From Reclinomonas americana ATCC 50394 (Eukaryota): a stretch of 64,000 nucleotides of DNA. Below are positions 46,680-56,808 of the stretch, in pieces; positions within the stretch are counted from its first letter, which is position 1; each line of letters starts with the position of its first letter. The position numbers were made by a program, and so were the translations under genes. The notes below the pieces were generated by a model. That model saw only the letters and a list, made by a program, of their open reading frames with translations, was not told the origin of the DNA and searched no databases. The DNA is taken from the NCBI GenBank assembly GCA_048213135.1, contig PS015129.1:121898-185897 (forward strand), read 5' to 3'.

Positions 46680-49600
46680 NNNNNNNNNNNNNNNNNNNNC
46701 TGTCCCTTCTCCCGGCCGACGCCTACCTGGTGGTGTGCCGGGAGAGTTTGGCCTGCCGATTTCGCCTGCTGCTGACCCCGCTGCAGTGTGGCCACCTGTA
46801 AGCTCGCTCCTGACGGTGCGTTAGTCAGTTGATTCTGTGTGCAAGAGCCCCTGTTTCTTTCTCAGCTCACGGCTCTCCATTGTACGTTGCAGATCACCCC
46901 GTGGTGGCGCACCTGGACTCTGCGTGCGCTCTTCGCGGTCACCTCATTGCTGGTGTTCGGGAGTGTAGCAGTTGGTGTCGGTGCCGCTCTGTGGCACTTT
47001 CCCGAACGAACGTACTCCATGTCGGTCGTCGGAGCAGTGTGCGCGGCTAGCTGGCTTGTCTTTGTGGTGGCGCGCTGTCGTGGAGACGCGACGGATGCAT
47101 CTTTCGCAACGCCATTCCCCAGCTGGTTGGAGTTCCTCTGGCTTGCACTGGTCTATGCTGCAGTGGCGGCGGCGATCACCACCTCCATCATTTGCACCTT
47201 GCGGTGGAGTCCGAACTATGCGGTGCGTCTTTCTGTGTGTGCAGATGCATTGCTCCCACTCCATGAGACTGACAATGGGTGGTGCGCCTGCCAGTATCCC
47301 TACTTGATCTCGTGTGGAATCAGTGTCGTGTTCGAGTGGCTGGTGCTGGAGCCGTTTGTTCTCTGGGCAGGTACGAGTCGCCCTGTGCTGNNNNNNNNNN
47401 NNNNNNNNNNNNNNNNNNNNNNNNNNNNNNNNNNNNNNNNNNNNNNNNNNNNNNNNNNNNNNNNNNNNNNNNNNNNNNNNNNNNNNNNNNNNNNNNNNNN
47501 NNNNNNNNNNNNNNNNNNNNNNNNNNNNNNNNNNNNNNNNNNNNNNNNNNNNNNNNNNNNNNNNNNNNNNNNNNNNNNNNNNNNNNNNNNNNNNNNNNNN
47601 NNNNNNNNNNNNNNNNNNNNNNNNNNNNNNNNNNNNNNNNNNNNNNNNNNNNNNNNNNNNNNNNNNNNNNNNNNNNNNNNNNNNNNNNNNNNNNNNNNNN
47701 NNNNNNNNNGCCTGCGGTACGTGAGATCCAGCAGCTGGTGCCACTGTCGGTGAGTTTCGAGGGCGACCACTCGCTGCAGCCCGCGTCGATGAGGCGTCCC
47801 GATCCGACACCACGCTGTCGGTGGCCGTCATTGAGCGGCGCGAACCCAGTGGCGTCTGCTGCCTCTCGAACGGGCGCCACAAAGACGGTGCCGGGTCCTC
47901 GTCATCCTCATCTACCGTCTGTAGTGCGCACAATGAGAAAGTGAGGAATAGAGAGAGAGATGTGGATAGCGTCACTTGCGAGTAACGCACCTGCACGGCA
48001 TGATCGACGAGGGCACCAGCAACACGAATTCCCGTATCTGTTCGCGGCACAACGAGCACCATGCGACTCATTGTCGGCGGTCCAGTCCCGCCACTGGGCG
48101 GCACAACCGCCTGCGGTGTGTGCGTCACAGGAGACGGAGAGTCCATCGGCAATGGCGTACTGACGGCAACACCTCCCGATGCGTGGGGCACCGGAGTCCC
48201 ATCGCCGACACGCGTGGTACTAGACGGCAGCGACGACATGGACGGAAAGGGGGATCGCCTGGGTGATATTCGTCGCTGGTGAGCAGAGAGTGGATGCTGT
48301 GGTTGCTGTTGCTGCTGCTGTTGCTGTTGATGATGGTGGTGGTGGTGGTGGTGGTGAAGATGAGCGTGGTGCGACTGCTCTGCCATGTCGCCATGACGAG
48401 GCGACACTCGCGGAGTGTACAATGGCGGCCGCTCGCCGATGCCAACTGTGGTGGTCGAAGTGGTTGTGGTCGTGGCGGTGGACGACGACGAGAGTCGCGG
48501 CGTCGCGGTAATCAAGTTGTCGTCGCGACCATTGCCAGCCGCACTCACAGTCGTGTCCACTGGCTCTGCGTCCAGCGGATCGCTCAACGGTCGCCGTCTC
48601 AGTCGAGGACTCGGTGGCGCTTGCGCCCAGGATACATCGTTGGCGTAGAAACGGCCACCTACGTGCACCACGGGTGAGGGCGTGCGCGCCATTGGTCGCC
48701 CAGGACTCGACAAAGGTCCCATGTCACTCGCCGCCATCGACGCCATGGTCAGCGCCGCCATGACCCGCGCCGGTGGAGGCGGCGGTGGAGGTGGAGGTGG
48801 GGGAGGAGATGTTGGAGAGAAAGGTTGAGCGAGTGTCGGTCGAACTAGCGGTCGACCGGGATTGTCGAGGCTTCTGCGGCGCGTGCAAAGTGAGTACGTG
48901 CGTGCGTGCGCGCAGAGACTCGAAGATGTGACAACGACATACATGTCGAGTCGCGGAGTCCGAGGTGATGACTGCGGCCACGTTTCCGAAGGCATGAAGC
49001 GAGGTGATGCAACGGAGCCACCAGGAGTGATCTTGGTCGCCGGCAGCGGTGGCACAACTGGGGCAGGTTGAGTTTTGCCACCGCTGTCATCGTCGTCATC
49101 CTCGACCTCCTCCTCAGCGTCCTCCTCCACATACTCCCACTCCCAGTCCCACTCGCCGTCATCGGGCTCTCCAGTCTCATTGTCTTCCGCACTTTCCTCC
49201 TCCTCTTCCTCCGCTTCCTCCTCCTCGTCCTCCTCCTCCTCTGCTTCTTCTTGTCGAACCTCCGCCATCCCCGTCGCCCTGCTCTTCTCATCCACATGCA
49301 CAACGACCTGGTCAACATCTGCATTGCTCTCGTCCTCCTCCGTTTCATCCGACTCGGACGCAGTGTTGCTGTTGCGCGGCGGCCAGGGAGGCAATTTCAC
49401 AGGAGGCTTCTTGCCATTCTGCACCGCGCCGCCATTGCTGCCACTGCCACCGCCGCCAAGCACAACCGGCACCTGCGCAGTAGAGCATTAGTCACAAACA
49501 CTAACATAGATCAATCGTGCGAAGCGCTCACCTCGTGCACTTTGGCGGCGCCACTGCCATCGCCACCATTGGTGGGCCACTGCTCCCACTCGCTGTCCAG

Positions 49601-52600
49601 CGCCTCCTCCACACTCGCTTCGTCATCGTCGTCGATCTCCACGTACGTGTACTCGTACTCATACTCGTACTCGATGATAGTGTCGCCGACTCGAGTTTGA
49701 TAGCGAACGCCAAACAAACCGTCGCCCTCGGCATCCGATGCCAAGTCATCCACTCTCGGGTATGGAGTCGCCTCGAGCGTGGGAACACTGGCTCGCGACG
49801 GGGCGGCGGCCACCGACGCTGTCGCGTCAGTGAGCGACACCACAGACAGGGTGCGCTCAGGCAACTGGCCCTCCTGTCGCACGCGATGACCATCATTTTT
49901 CTACATGTGAAACACACACACTTGACGTTACCTTTAGCCCATCACTGTCGCTGTCGCTGCCGTCCACATTGTCAGCCTGGTGCTGCTCAGCCGATCTCGG
50001 GCGTGGTGCCTGTCGTCCACCGGCAACAGTCGCGCCATCGCTCACATTTGGTGTGGCTTGCGCCGGCGGCAGTTGCGGAGGTTGTGGACGAGGAGGAAAT
50101 GTGGGTGTGTGTGGAGGGAACGGGGCCGCAGGTCGTCCTGCCGCCGCGACAGCAACAGCATCGTAGTCATTGTCCTCGTCGTCATAGAACGATGCTGGGT
50201 CGTCGTCGGGAACATACAGCTCCGGTTGCTGATCGAGCGCCCACGGGGTTGGTACCTCCATCGCACCGACACTGTCGGTGGCGCCAGCGAACAGAGCGGG
50301 CAGGGCGAGATCACCGGCGGGAGGTGAATCACGAAACTGGTCGCGCTTCTCGGCTGCCACCTCCGGCTCATTGCTGGAGACGCTGCTGAAGCGCTCCATT
50401 TCCTGCGACACACCACTCGCAGTGCGCTGCAGCAGCAACGACATTTGCGGTGGAAGTGGCGACTCGGGCAGTGGTACGAGGAACGGACTGTGTGTTGCAC
50501 ATGTACGAGTGAGAAAAAATGAAAGACGACTCTTATGCAAATGCAACGCGCACCGTGGTGGAAGCGACTTGCGAATTCGGCCAGGAAGTGCAGCGAGACT
50601 GCGTGAATCAAACGAGCGTGGCGTAATGTCAACATCCGACGAGTAGGTGAAGGTGCCGGCAGAATATGTGGCAGCGTGTTCGCGGGGAGTCGGTTGCAAT
50701 GACTGTGGTTGCGGGTGCGGTACGGGTGCTCCCACAACTGTCCCTACAGCAGCAGCAGATGATGAAGATGCATTCGCCGTCGGTGGCGCGCCAGGCCCGT
50801 CATCGCCGCTGGGGCCCTCAATGGGGGACTCCAACGCATCACGACGTGCGCCTGTCGACCAGCAACAACGCGTGAGGGGAACAGAATACGCAGGGGGCTG
50901 ATAATGTGCGCACACACACCGGAGTCTTCCAAGTAGAGATTGCGCGCCGTCAGCTGCCACGTGCTGGTGTGGGCGGCTGTGGATGGGCAAGGAGGGAAAG
51001 CAAGTAAATTCACAACAGTGCGCCAACGGAGGAGGATGGCGACGAGTTCGAACCCGTCATGGTTGGCGGTCGGCGAGTCCGCAGAAAGAGGAACAGGAAA
51101 ACAAGCTGGTGCACACACGTCAGCAAGGTGCTGTGCACACATGCGCCGCGGTCACAAAATCACGCACCTGTGGAATCCAGGCCACAAAGGCTGCCAGAAA
51201 TCCGGTGGCCTGCGATGTGCGGAGGTGTCTCAGCTAAGAAAGTATCGCATGCATCTGCTGCGTGAGGGAAACGCAACGATCTTGGAGGCGTCATTCGAGA
51301 CTTCAAACACGTACAGCGAGCCATTGACAGCAATGCTAACAAATACAAAGCTGCGATAGAGGAGAGCACTCGTCAATGGCGAGTGAGAGCGTGCGGCTGG
51401 TGACAACGCTCACTCTCAACGCAACACAAATACAAGTGCGACTGTTTGCACCGCAGTCAAACGAAAATGCGACTTGCGAGCCAGCACGTCCTTGGTACGT
51501 CCAGCAAACATCCGCAGCCACAGATGATCGAACCACAGTCGCCGACAGAAATCTGCAAGTGGCTGACTTGAGGGAGGGGTCTAAAAAGCCTTCAAAGTAA
51601 CGTGTATTCTCACACGCACCCCGCACGGCGCGCACAAAGTTGACACGTACAACGGTCCACATGGAGGGAATGACTGACGGCACGGCATCCATGCGGCGAC
51701 TGTCCGTTCCAGGAACGGCTGTGACAGAAGCGGAAACCATCATCAGTGCAGGGTGCCGTGTGGCGCAATGCACGGCCGACCACTCACCCCGTCCATTCTC
51801 GTCGAAGAGCAAGGTGGGTATCATGATTCGCTCGTCTACATCGGTACCGTAGCGGTACAGCCGATCACATTTTTGGATTGCGTGCCGTCGTCTGTGGGGG
51901 CCGTTGTGCGTCAGCGGAATGAGAAAAAAAGAAAAGAGAGAGATGAAGTGACGCAACTCATAACGTAAACGTCGGCGACGCAACAAAGCGGCGCTGATCG
52001 AAAGCGCAACGTGGATGATTAGCAGAAAACCAATCGCCAGAATCACCGCGATTCGCACGTCGTTCATGTTGTCGGTGGACGATGGCGACCATGCGTTTGC
52101 ATAGTCTCGCGCGCTACGACAACGCGTGAGTCGCACGTGTCAAAAACAGGGAGCGCGCGCAACAACTGCTACCGCAACTGGAACACAGAATTCTCCTCAA
52201 TCAGGTGGGACGACATGTGTGCCGGCTTCCATGCTCGTGCATACTGCTCGACAACTGGCGGTACCAACCGCAGAACACGAAGGCGGGAGCCGACAGCACT
52301 GACGCCGACAACGTCACCGCTCCAAGACTCTGCACAGGGTCCGTGTAATGACACCTCGGCTGAGTGCGGCCACAGTGGGCCACCACGAATTCCCGTTTCG
52401 CCCAGCACTCGGTACATTGCACCCTGTCGCGCGCACGTGTGAGACAACAACTGCTCAGAGCAGTGGCGTTCTCATGAGAGCAGCAAATACCGATGCCGTC
52501 GTGGCCCACAGAGTCCCATCATGTTGCACGCACACTGATTGAGTGTCCGGAGGCAGCTGCTGCTCCGAGTGGGACTCCACTGTCTCCCTCACCACATCCA

Positions 52601-53725
52601 CTCGCCGATACAAAACACTGCCCAACTCCACATGCTGTGCACTCTCACCTTGTCAGTATCAGCACCTCAACTACGGAGCCTCGCGAAGCGTGCCTCACCG
52701 GTTGCACAATAGACAAGAGGTCGACACCGTGCGCGACGGGGTACGAGTCGCGAGGTGGCGACACAAAAGACAGCGTCCGAACAGTACGCATGTCCATGTC
52801 GACAACTCGAATGAAGGCGCCGTCGTACACGTACACCAAGGAGGAGGTGGTAGTGGCGGCGGCCATGCGTGTCGGCCACTCAAACTCAGCTCGAGTCGCC
52901 GGACCGTCCACGTGACCGCGAACTCCCGTGCCAGCCAGCACCAACACCAGCTGCAGCGAATCACGCAACGTGGCCACTTGCGTGGACAGGAGACGATGTG
53001 CGCCGGCTTCGCTAATCAGCAGCGTCGTGTCAAGGGTCGCGAGAGCCTGTGGCGCGCGCAATCCGCACAGCAACTCGTCGACTGCGCCTGTTGCCGACAC
53101 CGAGACGACACAACCGCGCGCCGAGTCCACAGCCGCCACCAAGTCATCACTCAAGCGAGCCACGTCGGTGATCAGCGACGGCGGCGCGGCTGCACACACA
53201 CATGAGATGCCGAAGGAGCCCTGATGCCGAACAGTGAACCCACCTTTCTCGCTCACGCCGGTCTGCTGTGCGCTCAACAGGAGCGCCACAGGTCCCACAT
53301 TCGCGCCGACATACACGGCGGCGTCGGCCTGTTTCTCCAGTGTCACATCCCACTCCATGACACGCTTATCATCATCATCATCATCATCATGACACGATCC
53401 CGTCGACACAGAAGACGGCAATGTTCTCCACTGATTGTCGTGTGTGGTGTGCAGCCGCCACGTGAGCTCCTCGCCAGCACAGCTGGTGATCACGAGTGCG
53501 TGATCATCACGAAAGCGCGCGCTGCGTACGTCAACATCCGCAGCCTGTGGGGAGGGGAGAGGGGGGAGAGCGAGTGAGTGAGTGTGACTGTGTGTGTGTG
53601 TGGGAGAGAGAGAGAGGGAGTGAGTGTGTGTGTGAGTACGCAGCGACCACCCATGATATGGAGAGCGCCAGGAGAAGCGCCAGCATACAGAGCCACCACT
53701 GGTGTGGTGGTCTCCCGCGCCGCAT
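46516..53725 (-). CDS. Second polycystin-1-like NHL-repeat membrane protein (paralogue; two exons lie in an apparently inverted contig)
   Basis: Signal peptide MRRGRPPHQWWLCMLALLLALSISW. NHL motif LAGTGVRGHVDGPATRAEFEWP. TM1 IAVILAIGFLLIIHVALSISAALL. PKD1-like DHLWLRMF...LTAVQ...IAVNGSLY. TM WIPQ|LVFLFLFLRTR. Long acidic/Pro loop running into gap 47391-47709. Last exon 46592-46516. Confidence 0.65.
46642..46679. repeat. (CA)n microsatellite at a contig end
   Basis: CA run abutting N-gap 46680-46699. Confidence 0.95.
46700..47390 (+). other. Gap-flanked contig carrying four TM segments; probably mis-oriented exons of the minus-strand gene
   Basis: Encodes ITPWWRTW...WLVLEPFVLWA on the + strand. 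Its last phase-1 donor matches the phase-1 acceptor of the minus-strand exon 46592-46516. Confidence 0.7.
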
Positions 53726-54168
53726 TGACGCACACACACACAGTCGAGTACTCACGCGCGAAGAGAGCGCACGGAGTGAATGCCTCTCCTCTTCACACGG
53801 AAGAAATGCGGTTACTGCCGTAAAAGGAAGGCAATCAGTGTGTCGGAGCCGTGAGGGGACGCTTGTTTCGTATTCTGGTCGCCCGCAAGAGAGTTAGCGG
53901 GAGAAGCACGAGCGTGAAATTGTGCGGGTGAGTGTGCGTTGTGATGATCCACGGCGAACTGCACGTTGCGCATGCAACTGCACGGAGAAATTCGCCGGTT
54001 GTTTTATCGACGTCGAAGTCGCTGGGAGTGGAATACGAGTGCGCTGTGGCACCACCGCCACGATCCCCGGTGTTAGTCTCTGCTGGCATCTGCAAGCGGA
54101 GCAGGAAAAGGAGAGCACAGGCAGATTAACACGGTTGTGTCCTGTGACGCGTACGTCCGTTGCTGTCA

Positions 54169-56745
54169 ATGTTGCGCTCGTGCGCTCGCCTTGTGGCGCT
54201 GTCTCTGCGCTCCGGTGGGCCGCGTTTGTGGAGCAGCTCTGCGGCCGCATGCAGCAAAGGTGACTGCAGAGAGAGAAGGCGTCGCTCTCGCACTCTCCCC
54301 TCATCATCTCTCACTCTCGCAGGCTGCACCTCATGCGGAGGCCGCTGCGGGTCCACTGGCGGATGCACAACGAGCAGAGGTGGTTGCATGTCAGGCACTC
54401 ATCGCATGCCCGGCGATCCAACTCCGGCGGGACTACTCGGCGCCACAGTGAGTTCGCGTCCTTTCTCTCTCTCCCTCTCTTTCCTTGCCCTCACGTGCTC
54501 CATAGCCACCTGCTCGCTCGGCCTCTGAGGATCCCGAGTTGTCATCACCAGCAGCAGCAGCAGCAGCAGCGGGATCATCGGAAAAGCCTTTCCGACATGA
54601 GCTGGCCTGGCGCGATCCGGCCTTTTATCGAGAGGATCGACTGGAGGAGGTGAGTGACGCTGCGTGACCTTGGCTGCATGATTGTGCTCCCCTGCTGATT
54701 GTGAGGGGGGACTCGACCAAGGAAATGCGCCGCGTGTTTGACGTGTGCCACGGCTGCCGACGATGCTTCAATCTGTGCGACTCGTTCCCGAAGCTATTCG
54801 ACCTGATCGACAACAACAGCAGCAGTGGAGAACTGCGCTCTGTGCCCAGCTCCGAGTTCAAGGTGCTCAGTGGCTTTTCCCTTCTTTGGTGAGCGCCGGT
54901 GCTTGCCTCAATGCGTTGTTTTCGGTGTGCAGCCGGTGGTCGACGCCTGCACGCTGTGCGACATGTGTTTCCTCACCAAGTGCCCCTACGTACCACCGCA
55001 TCCGTTCAATCTCGACTTCCCGCACCTGATGCTGCGCTACCGTGCGCTGGAGAACTCGAAGGACAACGTGTCGCAAGTCGACAAGAGCGGCACCGGCGAT
55101 GGTCCACGAGCATGGGAGGGTGTCTCCAATGCCAACATTGAGACGGCGGTGACTGTGGAGAAGGATGTGTCGAGGAAACTCAAGCTGGAGTCGACAGGTT
55201 CGTGGGGGAGGAGCGCTTCACTTGCATGCTCGAGTGCACTCAGGTCGGTCGTGCAGGCGCCGTGGATCGGCAGCTGGTGCAAACGGACCGCAACGCAAAG
55301 CTGGCGGGTCGAATGTCGCGAGTGGCCAACTGGATGACGAGCGCGGACAACACGGCAGCGCGGTCGGTGCTGCACCGAGTGGCAGGTGCGTGAAAGCACA
55401 AGAGCACAAGCTCGCATGTCAGACGTGCTCACGTATGATTTCACTGCAGGCATTCACCCGTCGGCCGAGCTTCCGCCCTTCGCCCCCTCCGATGCCACGC
55501 TGACGAGCTTGGCCAAGGAGACACCTGCGCGGGTGCCGCTGAACACCGAGGCTCCTGCCTTTGTGCGTGGTCGCAAGGCCGTGATCTACGCCACCTGCTT
55601 GGTCAACTGGCACGAGCCAGGCATCGGGCTGGCGGCAGTGGGTGTGCTGGCCAAGAACGGTGTGCGCGCCGAGGTGTGCTATCCTCAATGCTGCGGTATG
55701 CCGTTGCTCGAGCAGGGGCTGGTGGCGGAGGTGGCCGCCAAGGCAGAGAAAACGGCGGCACAGTTGGCACGGTGAGTGGGTGTTTCGATGCACCGACAGG
55801 TGAGCGGCGGTAGCTTGATGCTCGGTGTCGTGTCGACACACAGCTATGTGGATGACGGCTACGATATTGTGACATTGGTGCCGTCGTGCGCGCTCATGTT
55901 GAAGCAGGAGTGGAAGTTGCTGCTGCCTGAGAATGAGGTTGGTCGACAGAGCTGTATTTGTGTCCACAGCGTTGGGGGGGAATACTAATTCGCTGCGTCA
56001 CAGCACATTGCCAAGGTCAGCGCCAACACGCGCGACATTTGCGAGTACATGGTTGAGATTGCGAAGGGCGAGGGACTGGCGAGTGGACTTGTGCCGCTTG
56101 CAGGACCGGTGACGCTGCACGTGGCCTGCCACGCACGAGCACAAAACATCGGCAACAAGGCGCTGGAGATGCTGCGACGGATTCCACGCACGCAGGTGCG
56201 CTCGATTGAGCGATGCTCGGGGCACGGCGGTTCGTGGGGTGTAAAGGCGGTGAGTCGAAGAGTGACGGCTGCCCCTTTTCCACTGCCACGCTTCTCATTA
56301 GTTGGCGTGCTGTGTGCAGGACAATTTCCCCACTGCGCTAAAGGTCGGCAAGCCGGTGATCCAGCAGGCAGTGAAGAATGTGCTCAGTTGCGTTTCCTTC
56401 GCAAATGGATTGTGTTTGCCCGCAAACGCTGACTTGCTAGAGCGCAGCCAACCGACACTACTATGTCGCCTCCGAGTGCCCACTTGCTGGCTCGCACATA
56501 TTGCAAGGAATGCGGTGCGAAGAGAGTGATTTGTGCAAAGGTGTGGTGTTGTCGCTGACTTTGCGTGTTTGTGTGATTCGTTCCGCAGCTTGGCCGAGGA
56601 GCAAGCTGCCGAACAGGCGGGTCGTGCATATCACCCGATTGAGCTCATGTACGCGGCGTATGAGCTGCCACTGGAAAACGCCTCCACCGAGACCATTGAT
56701 CGGGTGGTGGAGGCCACGGGACCTCCGCTGAGCATGAAGCCATGA
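54169..56745 (+). CDS. Bacterial-type Fe-S oxidoreductase (GlpC/HdrD-like; rubrerythrin-associated RFO type) with predicted mitochondrial presequence
   Basis: RHELAWRDPAFY, RVFDVCHGCRRCFNLCDSFP, CTLCDMCFLTKCPYVPPH, CCG domains (YATCLVN, QCCGMP, VPSC, HVACH, CSGHGGSWG, SECP) and HPIELMYAAY. The N-terminus MLRSCARLVALSLRSGGPRLWSSS is Arg/Ser/Leu-rich with no acidic residues. Multiple introns. Confidence 0.85.
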
Positions 56746-56808
56746 AGTGAACGCACGCCAACGTATGGGTTCTTTTCTCCGCGCGTGTATATTTCTGCCG
56801 TGTAGTTT

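Noticed and set aside
46890-47370. Internal duplication of the TM block within the + gene
   Set aside because: Better explained as inverted exons of the - paralogue, given the phase match, the tail alignment and the flanking gaps.
54169-56745. Bacterial contamination as the source of the Fe-S oxidoreductase
   Set aside because: It has multiple host-style introns and a presequence, and is contiguous with eukaryotic genes.
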